Sequence record: MZ475895.1
Reading direction: 5' to 3' (one strand)
DNA length: 64,000 nucleotides
The translations under genes were made by a program, and so were the position numbers. The notes under the pieces are model-generated. The model had not been told where the DNA came from and made no database searches. It saw nothing but the letters and a program-made list of their open reading frames with translations. Position 1 is the first letter of the stretch. Each line of letters begins with the position of its first letter. This document shows positions 9,893 to 18,666 of the stretch, one piece after another.

Positions 9893-10438
9893 ATGAAACA
9901 TCCTCAGCGCGTTGCTCACTTAGAGCATTGGTTGGAGGCGGGTCGCGCCGCTTTCACCATGGGTGTGCGTACACCAAATAAAGATGGCGTGGAGCTGCTT
10001 GCTATTTTCCGTGCTGTGTCTCGTGGTACAAAAGACCAATGTGCTGCATCAATCGCAAAGCAAACGGCAGAACTGATTGAAGACATTGAACGCGATGTGC
10101 CTGCCTTCAAAGTCATTCGTCGTCGCTTCCGCAAAGAGTTTTATCCAGACTACAACATACCTGCAGAAGTCGAGCTGTATGTTGCGCTTCTGGCAGAGAC
10201 GTTCGGTGACATTGTGCAGACCATGACGTACCTGCATCTTCGTCGCTGTGTCGATACTAAGGACCTGTTGCTTAACTGGCTGCCAAATGGGTATCCAGCT
10301 AAAGACGCTATGGGTCTCCTGTGGAACTTACAGAAAGTGCCTACCGAGAACGAGTTCATGTTCACAGGAAATGCGGTAGACTGCATACAATCTGTAAATG
10401 ACCTATACAACAAAATGTATAAGACAGGAGACAAGTAA
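9893..10438 (+). CDS. hypothetical protein
   Basis: 181-aa ORF with RBS. Confidence 0.7.
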   Translation: MKHPQRVAHLEHWLEAGRAAFTMGVRTPNKDGVELLAIFRAVSRGTKDQCAASIAKQTAELIEDIERDVPAFKVIRRRFRKEFYPDYNIPAEVELYVALLAETFGDIVQTMTYLHLRRCVDTKDLLLNWLPNGYPAKDAMGLLWNLQKVPTENEFMFTGNAVDCIQSVNDLYNKMYKTGDK

Positions 10439-11025
10439 TGGATTTATCTTCTATCGGCTATGCAAACAAACCATTTCGCGTTATCCCTGTTACTTCTGGT
10501 AATATCGTAACTGATTTCATTGCCGGAAAGTTTCAGGTGATTGGCGTTGAGTGTAATGCTCGTGGTGCGTATGGCTCGCCGATTCAACAAAGCATTGCAC
10601 GCCGCTTCCCTGACGTGTTGCAGAAGATGAACGCGCTCGACTACGACCACCAGAACTTCATGGGCAGCACGTTGATGCATCCTGTGCAGACTCAGCACCG
10701 TCGTCGTTTGTTTGTCGCTAACATGTTCCTTGCACGCGGCTTTGGGTTAGGCCAGAATCGCACTCAAAGTGAAGGTCCGATTAATCGTTTCAGTGAACGA
10801 CACTTGACGCAAGCCTTCGACAGTCTTGTTGATAGCTGTGCATCACTCAACATTAGTCTGGACCGCCAGATTGCTGTGCAGCGTTTCTACGGCGGTCTTG
10901 GTGGGGTATCTTGGGAAGAAGTATGTGAAGTGCTGGACGCTATTTGCGCCAAGCATAAATTCAACATGCTGGCTTATCTGCCTAAGAACTATAACTCTAA
11001 CTTTGTGCGGGGTTCTGCGCAATAA
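10438..11025 (+). CDS. macrodomain (ADP-ribose-binding/processing) protein, divergent
   Basis: IGVECNARGAYGSPIQQSIARRFP, VANMF, FYGGLGGVSWEEV match the phage macro (Appr-1-p) pattern. Confidence 0.7.
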   Translation: MDLSSIGYANKPFRVIPVTSGNIVTDFIAGKFQVIGVECNARGAYGSPIQQSIARRFPDVLQKMNALDYDHQNFMGSTLMHPVQTQHRRRLFVANMFLARGFGLGQNRTQSEGPINRFSERHLTQAFDSLVDSCASLNISLDRQIAVQRFYGGLGGVSWEEVCEVLDAICAKHKFNMLAYLPKNYNSNFVRGSAQ

Positions 11026-11040
11026 CTCTGGGGTGTATTG

Positions 11041-11373
11041 ATGAATACAATACGCGGTTTTGATTGGCTTTTTTATGAGGATGGCACCGACAGTGGCCAA
11101 CACTCTGTTTTAAATATCGTCTGTGATCCACAGACTAAATCAATGCAGGTAGAAGTTCGAAAGGGATGCGCCGCACCTGTAATTCAAGCAATTCAGGAAA
11201 ATGAAATCCTGTATGCTCAGACCGATGAAGGACTTTATCGAGTTCGTTATCGTTGTTCGTTTAAGCATCTTGCAGCGAACGCATTTCCTCCAGAGATGAC
11301 AGTGATCAAGTTGAAGTTGCTTGCACTCGACTTTCTTCCGGGCGTTACTACGCACGATAAACCTTTGGACTAA
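11041..11373 (+). CDS. hypothetical protein
   Basis: 110-aa ORF. Confidence 0.65.
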   Translation: MNTIRGFDWLFYEDGTDSGQHSVLNIVCDPQTKSMQVEVRKGCAAPVIQAIQENEILYAQTDEGLYRVRYRCSFKHLAANAFPPEMTVIKLKLLALDFLPGVTTHDKPLD

Positions 11374-11378
11374 CCGCC

Positions 11379-12101
11379 ATGATTACAGCGAAACACATTG
11401 AAAGCCGTTTAAGAACAATAGACTATACCAAGCCTAATCCTGATCGGGAAATGCTTGTGGCGCTTGTGTCTGATGGACGTTCTCGTATTTTGAAGACAGC
11501 ACAGATCGATGGTCTGTGTCCGCTGTCTGATAAGTATTTTGAGTTCTGCCTCAGCCAGGTCGGCTCTTTCTGCACGGCAGGTTACAACGCTGTGGAGATT
11601 GCAATGTCTATCGGTGTTCAGCCTATCTATGTCGCAGCGCACATCCATCTGCATGGCTGCGATTGGGCACACAGACTTTTAGGCTTGAAGCGATTTGCTG
11701 CGCTTGCTCGTGGTCCACATACTGTGTGGTCATCAGGTGAAGCGTGGTTCGCTTTGGGTGAATGCCAGCGCCGCTCTAAGCTGCACTATGGCACTTCAAG
11801 CGGGCAGGAAGCATTGCGCAAAGCAATCCAAAAAGCAGAGATGCCTTATGTGCTTGCTGCCGCTGTCACACATCCCCATCGTCTCATGAGCATTCTCCGT
11901 CCGCGTGATGGGCTGTTGTATCGTGACCCACGTATTGAGAAGACGCTGAAACAACGTGAGAAAGCCGCTGCTGATGCAAAGGCGGAAGGCCGTTCTGTGC
12001 TAACGACTGAGAAGCGTAGCGAGTACGGCGACATGGGTAAGTTGTTTAACGGTCATCTGTCGCGTGCTGACAAGACAGGTAACCCTCGCGTAACTGAATA
12101 A
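11379..12101 (+). CDS. hypothetical protein
   Basis: 240-aa ORF. Confidence 0.7.
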   Translation: MITAKHIESRLRTIDYTKPNPDREMLVALVSDGRSRILKTAQIDGLCPLSDKYFEFCLSQVGSFCTAGYNAVEIAMSIGVQPIYVAAHIHLHGCDWAHRLLGLKRFAALARGPHTVWSSGEAWFALGECQRRSKLHYGTSSGQEALRKAIQKAEMPYVLAAAVTHPHRLMSILRPRDGLLYRDPRIEKTLKQREKAAADAKAEGRSVLTTEKRSEYGDMGKLFNGHLSRADKTGNPRVTE

Positions 12102-12111
12102 GGAACGTATC

Positions 12112-12492
12112 GTGGATAAGAATGAAATCACGTTGTTGATTGACAGTCTGAACGGCAATCGCAATTTCCCAATCGATCCAGAAGCTGCAATAGGCATGAC
12201 CCTTGAACAGTTCATCAAAACCAATGGGAACTTTGTGTTTCTCATGAATGATGCGCTCGTCCGTGACATGGTAAGTAAGCAGCATGAGTACGATCCAAAC
12301 TTCGTACCAGCTACTACTCTCGACGAAATCAACAACGGTCTTATGGGAACTTTCCACGGCGTCAATGTGTACAGCACTTGGGTGTATCGTGCTCCTGGGG
12401 ATCTGCCTGCGGAAGCGAAGCCTCGTTTCGGTATGTATCGCGCCGACCTAAAACAAATCTTCCCGTTGACTAAACATTTTATCGTAAAGTAA
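12112..12492 (+). CDS. hypothetical protein
   Basis: 126 aa, AAGGA RBS, GTG start. Confidence 0.7.
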   Translation: MDKNEITLLIDSLNGNRNFPIDPEAAIGMTLEQFIKTNGNFVFLMNDALVRDMVSKQHEYDPNFVPATTLDEINNGLMGTFHGVNVYSTWVYRAPGDLPAEAKPRFGMYRADLKQIFPLTKHFIVK

Positions 12493-12504
12493 AACTGTTT
12501 ACGG

Positions 12505-12510
12505 TAATTT
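12505..12510 (+). promoter_or_regulatory. TAATTT intergenic motif upstream of cmoA-like gene
   Basis: 34 nt upstream of ATG 12544. Confidence 0.45.
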
Positions 12511-12543
12511 CTGAAGGTCAATCAGAATAACGGAATCCTCATC

Positions 12544-13314
12544 ATGAGCAATATCGATACCACAATGCCTGAAGGCAAATGGGAGTTCAATGAGTCGGTT
12601 GCTTGCGTGTTTGATAACATGCTGCAAAACTCTATCCCGTCTTATGGCCGTATGCGTGACCTGACGTATCGTCTGGGTCGTCGCTTCGTAACCCCGGGTT
12701 CAGCTATCGTCGATCTCGGTGCTTCACTCGGCCGAGCTATCGAGCCGTTTGCAAAAGAGTTCGGCAAGTATGACTACCATCATGCTGCTGACGCTCCTGG
12801 CGAAGACTACGAAACAGGCAATCACTATAGCCTGTTCGAAGTAGCGCCTGCGATGCGTGAACGTCTGGTGCAGAATGAAGTGCTCAACTCAGTGAATGCC
12901 AAACTGGAAAGTGAATCGCTGGTAGATACTGACACGTTTATGTTCGACGGTCAGGTGCATTGCTCGTTGATTCTGAGTGTGCTAACTCTCCAGTTCACGC
13001 CGATTGAACATCGTCAACACATTCTGGAAAACGTGTACAACTCACTGCAACCAGGCGGCGCATTCATCCTCGTTGAGAAGGTGTTAGGCGATAACAACTA
13101 TCTCGACAAAATGCTGGTGGACACCTACTACCAAATGAAAGGCGGTAACGGTTACAGCGCCGAGTCGATTGCGACTAAACGTAAGTCACTGGAAGGTGTA
13201 CTCGTTCCTGTTAAAGCAGCGTGGAACGAAGAACTGTTGCGTAAAGCAGGCTTCGGTCAGGTAGAAAGTTTCTATCGCGACCTGAACTTCGCAGGATGGA
13301 TTGCTATTAAGTAA
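12544..13314 (+). CDS. cmoA: CmoA-like carboxy-S-adenosyl-L-methionine synthase
   Basis: WEFNESVACVFDNMLQNSIPSY, IVDLGASLG, TLQF, LQPGGAFILVEK, KRKSLEGVL (conserved Arg), LLRKAGF..NFAGWIAIK. Confidence 0.88.
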   Translation: MSNIDTTMPEGKWEFNESVACVFDNMLQNSIPSYGRMRDLTYRLGRRFVTPGSAIVDLGASLGRAIEPFAKEFGKYDYHHAADAPGEDYETGNHYSLFEVAPAMRERLVQNEVLNSVNAKLESESLVDTDTFMFDGQVHCSLILSVLTLQFTPIEHRQHILENVYNSLQPGGAFILVEKVLGDNNYLDKMLVDTYYQMKGGNGYSAESIATKRKSLEGVLVPVKAAWNEELLRKAGFGQVESFYRDLNFAGWIAIK

Positions 13315-13323
13315 GGAAATACT

Positions 13324-14586
13324 ATGAAAGTAAACGGGCGTATCTTAGCTATCGTCCCACACAAGACAATGCAAGACCGTACCAAGTCGGGTGTGGGTTC
13401 GTACATTGATGGACTAGAGGCATACGGCTTCTGCGACTTTATCACGGACGGAGAGAACAGCTCCGTTGCGAAAAGTCAGTGGTTCACTTACGGTGATACT
13501 ACTCTCAGTGACGGTTATAAGATAGGGCATATCCAGAGCGAGTTGCTGATTGCACTTGAGCGCTTGCCTTACCGTGCGATTATTTGCAGCACGTATGAGG
13601 CGATTGAAGCCTGCGTGTCTCTGGGACTGCCAAAGATTATGCCCGTTTACTATCGCACGCACAACAGCTTTTTGCTCACACAAGATCTCAAGGGTCTTGG
13701 TGCAGAGAAGATCCACCGTGCGTTGTTGCAAGCACGCGTCACAGGGCTGCGCATCCTTGCTAACTGTGATTCGACTGCGATCAATCTTGCTGAGCGCTAT
13801 AAGACGCCAGCACACGTTGCCTACAACTCGTTCTCGGTGCCTGACTACAACCCACCAGCTCGGCGTGTTCCCCAGCTGTTGATTATCTGTCGCTATGAGA
13901 AGGTCAAGCGCACGTTGTTTGCTGCGCGTATTGCTGCTGCATCAGGATTACCCGTTCGTGTTATGACAGGCAGTGATCGTCAAGTACGCAATTGGGAGAA
14001 AGAGCTGGCTGAGGCGGGTGTCAAAGAATACACCGTCGTCAGTGGCCTTAGTGGTAAACAGAAACTCGAATTTATAGGCGCTTGCACAGTAGCCCTTTCT
14101 ACTGCGAGCGTTGAATCTTTTGCTAACGGTGTGCGTGAGTCTATCCCCTACTGTCCTACCTTTATCGTGCAAACATCCAAGTACGATTGGGCTAAGGACT
14201 ATACGCGCTTCTGTACTGCCGACAAGCATGTTCATATCAGAACTGTTGATCGCGTATCGGACCAAGCCGTAGCTGAAATCGGAAGTGAGATAGCGCGAGT
14301 TGCCACCACACGTTATCTGACAGGTCCGCAGCGTAAACAACTACTGACTGCTTGGGCAAAGCAAGTTGATCGTGGTTGGTCCGACTTTGTTCAGAAGGCT
14401 GTTGTTGACGATGACGGCAAGCCGCTGCGCACCGAGCTATATCAAGAACTGATCGACAAATCAGAAATCGATTGGTCACAAACGCCTACGCTAATGCGTA
14501 CTGTAAATGCGTTACATAAATGCCACGCTCGTTTGGGCCTGACATTTGATGGCACTAAAATCAAATATAAGAGGAAGCGCAAATGA
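13324..14586 (+). CDS. GT-B fold (GT4-like) glycosyltransferase
   Basis: YYRTHNS, ILANCDST, IICRYEKVKR, STASVESFANGVRES resembling E-x7-E donor-binding motif. Confidence 0.6.
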   Translation: MKVNGRILAIVPHKTMQDRTKSGVGSYIDGLEAYGFCDFITDGENSSVAKSQWFTYGDTTLSDGYKIGHIQSELLIALERLPYRAIICSTYEAIEACVSLGLPKIMPVYYRTHNSFLLTQDLKGLGAEKIHRALLQARVTGLRILANCDSTAINLAERYKTPAHVAYNSFSVPDYNPPARRVPQLLIICRYEKVKRTLFAARIAAASGLPVRVMTGSDRQVRNWEKELAEAGVKEYTVVSGLSGKQKLEFIGACTVALSTASVESFANGVRESIPYCPTFIVQTSKYDWAKDYTRFCTADKHVHIRTVDRVSDQAVAEIGSEIARVATTRYLTGPQRKQLLTAWAKQVDRGWSDFVQKAVVDDDGKPLRTELYQELIDKSEIDWSQTPTLMRTVNALHKCHARLGLTFDGTKIKYKRKRK

Positions 14587-15659
14587 GTGTTATCGGTGAT
14601 ATTTATAACATACCACAACCTTTCGCAATGTATGTCGGGAATTGTGAGACGCGTGCTCAAGCCAAAGTTGCTGCTGGTACAATCGAGTGGGCGCCAGAGA
14701 AAGTGTGCTGCACCGTAGATGATGGTAACAACCTGTTCCCCAACGTACCTTCAATCAACCCTGCTGACGTGCATAAGACAGATGCAGAAACTTTAGTGAT
14801 TGGCTGTGCACCTTTCGGCGGCCGCATTGACGAGCACATGGACAAAGCTATTCGTAGCGCTATCTATCGTGGACGCAACATTGCTGCTGCTATGCATACG
14901 CGCCTGGCGGATAATCCCGAATACGTTGAGCTGGCTGATCGCTACAACGTCAAGCTGTATGACTTCCGTCATCGTCCTGATGCGTACCCACTTGGTACCG
15001 GTGAGAAGCGTAGCGGTCTGCGTCTGTTAACTGTCGGTACTGATAGCTCCTGCGGCAAGAAGTTTACCACGCTATCTCTGTATCGTGAACTCAAGCGCAT
15101 CCACGCAGACACTGTGTTTTGCTCTACTGGGCAAACAGGCTTCCTGATTAGCGGTTGCGGTATCAACAACGACACGATTGTTGCTGACTTCCTCGCCGGT
15201 GCTGCTGAATCACTTTCGCCTGCTGGTCCTGCTGATCGTATCTATCTGATTGAAGGTCAAGGTGCTATCACTCACCCAGCATACACAGGCGGTAGCATGA
15301 GTCTGATTGCCGGCTCGCAGCCTGATCATCTCATCCTGTGCCACGCATGGAACCGTCAGAATCAGTTGGGCGTTAAGCGTAAGCCTGACCTTGATTTTGA
15401 GATGCGTGCTAATATTGAAGCGGCGCGTATTCACGGTCTCCACCCGACCTACATCGGTATCAGCATTAACTTCTCTGAGTGTGATTTGACACAGGACGAG
15501 CAAGATAAAATCCTGTACCAACTCGCATCAACGTATGAGATTCCCGTGTTCGACCCATCACAAGACACTTCTGTGTTGCGTGACCTCGCTCGTATGTTAG
15601 CAACTAAAGCCAAAGCAAGGAGCCTCGATGGCCAAGCATCCCCTGCGCAAGCTGTTTGA
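14583..15659 (+). CDS. DUF1611 / DgcN-family P-loop protein
   Basis: LVIGCAPFGG, GRNIAAAMH, LLTVGTDSSCGKKFTT, TGQTG, IEGQG, GSQPDHLILCH. Confidence 0.85.
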   Translation: MSVIGDIYNIPQPFAMYVGNCETRAQAKVAAGTIEWAPEKVCCTVDDGNNLFPNVPSINPADVHKTDAETLVIGCAPFGGRIDEHMDKAIRSAIYRGRNIAAAMHTRLADNPEYVELADRYNVKLYDFRHRPDAYPLGTGEKRSGLRLLTVGTDSSCGKKFTTLSLYRELKRIHADTVFCSTGQTGFLISGCGINNDTIVADFLAGAAESLSPAGPADRIYLIEGQGAITHPAYTGGSMSLIAGSQPDHLILCHAWNRQNQLGVKRKPDLDFEMRANIEAARIHGLHPTYIGISINFSECDLTQDEQDKILYQLASTYEIPVFDPSQDTSVLRDLARMLATKAKARSLDGQASPAQAV

Positions 15660-16503
15660 ACAGCATGTGAAAAAAGAAGTGAAAGCAGACAAGGTAGCTG
15701 TGCTGCTTTCATCTGGCCTCGATGGTTTGGTCAGTGCGTTAGCTGCACACGATCTCGGTAAGAAGGTGCACGCCTTCACTTTCCAAATGGGTGACAACCC
15801 TAGCTTTGACAGTCGCCACGCACAGATTGTTGCGCAGAAGATGGGGTGGGAGTTCACTCTCGTTAAAGTTCCCACCAGCGTGTCTGCTATCGCATTAGCG
15901 TGGCGCGTGCTGCATTCCAAGTATCGCTGCATTAAGAAGCGTGACTACGAGTGTGCGTACCCTATGGTCTATTGCTACAAGGCAATCAAAGACGCTGGGT
16001 ACAAGTATGTGCTAAGCGGGCTGGTGGCCGATGGTTACTTCCTGTATAACCGTAACACGCATATTCAGAAAATCAGCGGGCCACACTCTGACGCTCAGAA
16101 GTATCATGAGTTCCGTACTCAATACTTTAGTCCGTGGCTTAAACACGGTAAGAAGTCTCTGGGCGTTGACGGGTATAACCCGAGCGGCATGTTGCAGCAT
16201 GAGATGTTGTGCGATAACTTCGGCCTGATTCACGTTAACCCGTGGATGCAAAACAAGGTGTTTGACTACTTCATCAAATACACTTGGCAGGAGTTGAATC
16301 AGCCTAAGCAGAAGATGCCACTAACCGAAGCGTGGGCAGAACACATTGCTCTTGTTGGTCATCGTCCACACAGGGGCTATCAGACAGAAGCCAAAGTGCC
16401 TGAATACTTTGAGCATCTGATCGAGAACCCTGAGATTAACTTCAACGGGCGCAAGCGCATCATGGACGTGGCACGCGACTGGTCCAAACGAGAGCCTGAA
16501 TAA
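15628..16503 (+). CDS. asparagine-synthetase-like ATP-dependent amide ligase (no glutaminase domain)
   Basis: PP-loop VLLSSGLDG, VLSGLVADGYF (cf. SGEGADELFGGY), NPW, KMPL; 291 aa. Confidence 0.75.
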   Translation: MAKHPLRKLFEQHVKKEVKADKVAVLLSSGLDGLVSALAAHDLGKKVHAFTFQMGDNPSFDSRHAQIVAQKMGWEFTLVKVPTSVSAIALAWRVLHSKYRCIKKRDYECAYPMVYCYKAIKDAGYKYVLSGLVADGYFLYNRNTHIQKISGPHSDAQKYHEFRTQYFSPWLKHGKKSLGVDGYNPSGMLQHEMLCDNFGLIHVNPWMQNKVFDYFIKYTWQELNQPKQKMPLTEAWAEHIALVGHRPHRGYQTEAKVPEYFEHLIENPEINFNGRKRIMDVARDWSKREPE

Positions 16504-16758
16504 ATGCATCCTGTTATCACAGACTTTCTTGGGCCTATCGTTAAGCGGCTGGGCTTATTCACTGCTATATTCGGTTTTGTCGGCGTGCTGCTGTCTGTGA
16601 TCGCAGTGCTTGTGTGCCGCCCAGAAGTCCTTCAATACGAATACGATACTGTAAATAGACTTCGTACTGAGGGTATTGTATTCTTGGGTAAAGGCGCTCT
16701 CGTTTACATCGTAGGCGAGATACTTGAAGGCACGTTCAAGTGGAGAAAAGATGATTAA
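16504..16758 (+). CDS. small membrane protein
   Basis: Two hydrophobic segments. Confidence 0.6.
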   Translation: MHPVITDFLGPIVKRLGLFTAIFGFVGVLLSVIAVLVCRPEVLQYEYDTVNRLRTEGIVFLGKGALVYIVGEILEGTFKWRKDD

Positions 16759-17014
16759 CAAATTCGTGATGAAGAAGACTCCGACCATTGAAGCCTGTCA
16801 GTGGAATGGAGAGAACAAGGAAGAGATTGAAGCCTTCCTTGGCGATAGCGGATTCGTTGTTGGGCGTTACGTGCAGATTGGTGTTCTGGATAAATACCAG
16901 AAGCCAACTATTGCTAACGTAAGCGTAGGCAACTATGTGATCAAGCGCGATGATGGTAAGTTCTATGCCATTACTGCGCAAGATCTGTTTGAGAATTATG
17001 TATTAGCAGATTGA
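16751..17014 (+). CDS. conserved-type small phage protein
   Basis: KKTPTIEACQWNGEN...GNYVIK...FENY pattern; GGAG RBS. Confidence 0.7.
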   Translation: MINKFVMKKTPTIEACQWNGENKEEIEAFLGDSGFVVGRYVQIGVLDKYQKPTIANVSVGNYVIKRDDGKFYAITAQDLFENYVLAD

Positions 17015-17021
17015 GGCCATA

Positions 17022-17474
17022 ATGAATCTGTTTTCTATTTTAAAACAGCAAGTGAAGAAATCCCTGACGACCGAAGCAACGCTTGAGCCAGAAGTGCGCA
17101 AACACTTTGACTGGCGTTTCAGTGTTGACGTCAAAGGTCTGATGTACATTGTAGGCAAGACAGGCGCTAACACCTGCTTCTATCTTGAGCCAGGTCACGT
17201 TGAGCCTACTGCCTGCTATCCTGATGAACTGCTTGCGAAGATTGATAGCTGGGGCGCTGCGAAGTACGTGTCCTACGCTGTCTACTTCAAGAAGTTCAGT
17301 AGCCCTGTAGCTGAGAACATCAAGACGCTTGAGCAGGCCAAGACAGGCAAGCCTAAAGCGTTTAAGAAAGGCTACTTTATCTGTGGCGTAACACCGAAAG
17401 GTAAGCGCGTCAAACTGTGTCGTCTGCACAACAGCCTAAGCGGTATGCAGTGGGTTGATGTAGACCAGAAGTAA
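17022..17474 (+). CDS. hypothetical protein
   Basis: 150 aa, GAGG RBS. Confidence 0.7.
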   Translation: MNLFSILKQQVKKSLTTEATLEPEVRKHFDWRFSVDVKGLMYIVGKTGANTCFYLEPGHVEPTACYPDELLAKIDSWGAAKYVSYAVYFKKFSSPVAENIKTLEQAKTGKPKAFKKGYFICGVTPKGKRVKLCRLHNSLSGMQWVDVDQK

Positions 17475-17488
17475 AACAAGGAGCATAT

Positions 17489-17809
17489 ATGATTAGCGAC
17501 ATTGACATTGGCCATTATTATTGTTCTGCGAGCGGTATACCGTTTCGCGTAAAAGAACGTGCAGCACACGGACAAGATTGTTCTCTGTCGATGATCGTAT
17601 TTGAGAACGTGGAGGCAACTAAGGATTACCCTGTTGGTCAAACTTGGGTGCTTCCAGAATCTCTGTTCGTGAAACAGTATTCCGAATTTACGGAAGGAAA
17701 GTATCATGAACGAAACAACGCTCTTAGAGCATCTGAAAACAAGACACTGGCAACCAGAGAAGCATTTCGGGTGGCTTTCGCCGAAGACCCTGACAGTGCC
17801 ACTGTATAG
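17489..17809 (+). CDS. DUF1653-like SH3-fold protein
   Basis: YY..SG.PFRV..A.H.D....IVF....TWVLP...F pattern; overlaps next gene by about 100 nt. Confidence 0.5.
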   Translation: MISDIDIGHYYCSASGIPFRVKERAAHGQDCSLSMIVFENVEATKDYPVGQTWVLPESLFVKQYSEFTEGKYHERNNALRASENKTLATREAFRVAFAEDPDSATV

Positions 17810-18222
17810 CTTTGACCGACAGATGAGAGGCGTTCAAGTTTATACGCCTAGCGCACCGAAGAAAGACCCGAACCCTAAAGCGTGTCGTTACTTCACTCGC
17901 GTGTTCGGCGGCAAACAGTTGGTGTGGGGAACGGAAATTAGACCTATACGGGCCGACCGTTTTCTTAACTGAGTCTGTGTTTAAAGCGTGTGCGCTGCAT
18001 CGTCTCGGTCTCAATGCTTGGTCTGTTTTAGGCTCGAACGTGAGTGACTATTTATACCACCAGCTTAGTCTTCTTGACCTGCACTTTGTTTGTCTCGGGG
18101 ATGAGGATAAAGCTGGTGAGGAGTTCAGCCAGACGTTTGGTCGTGGTGCTGTTAGTGCCGACTTGGACGAGATGACTGATGAGCAGTTACTTGATTTAAC
18201 TCTACCACTATTAAGGAAATAG
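17706..18222 (+). pseudogene. primase-like TOPRIM protein split by a frameshift near 17937
   Basis: ORF 17706-17972 ends VWGTE; another frame continues LDLYGPTVFLTESVFKACAL...VLGS...LGDEDKAG (TOPRIM E and DxD motifs) to 18222. Confidence 0.7.
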
Positions 18223-18223
18223 G

Positions 18224-18652
18224 ATGGAACATAAAGTTGTCGTGCGTATTCTCGGACCTGTTGGCAGCGGTAAGTCTTCTGTTTACGCCAAGCTCGTTAA
18301 AGGTCTGACTGATACCGGCGCTATCATCAAACACGCAGATGAGCAGGCGTGGAAGATGTTGAACAACAGCGGCGAAGTAACTTCGGCCGACACGGTTCTC
18401 GATGAGTTCCGCACCGAAGTTACCTTCGAAGAAGTTGTGATTCGTGACGACTACACCAAGTCTAAGAATCAGATCATGCAGTTCTTCGCGTACTCGCATC
18501 TACCGCCTAACCTGCAAGCTGTAAGCAAACCGATTGCGTTGCTTGCTCAGGAGATGGACCAGAATCTTCCTGACGGTGCTGAGAAAGCCGCTGGTCTGCG
18601 TAAGCTGCTTGAAGCGAAAGACTGTCTGGTCCGTGCGCTGGTGGCTAAGTAA
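18224..18652 (+). CDS. P-loop-like N-terminus fused to a small helical-hairpin domain
   Basis: GPVGSGKS at N-term; FFAYSHLPPNLQAVSKP...AEKAAGLRKLLEAKDCLVRA at C-term. Confidence 0.7.
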   Translation: MEHKVVVRILGPVGSGKSSVYAKLVKGLTDTGAIIKHADEQAWKMLNNSGEVTSADTVLDEFRTEVTFEEVVIRDDYTKSKNQIMQFFAYSHLPPNLQAVSKPIALLAQEMDQNLPDGAEKAAGLRKLLEAKDCLVRALVAK

Positions 18653-18666
18653 TTCGGAGAGCAAAC

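Noticed and set aside
12544-13314. cmoA as a simple tRNA-modification auxiliary gene
   Set aside because: No cmoB-like partner or tRNA in the window, whereas an Arg-switched DNA MTase and tailoring enzymes are present; not fully excluded, since host CmoB could use the Cx-SAM
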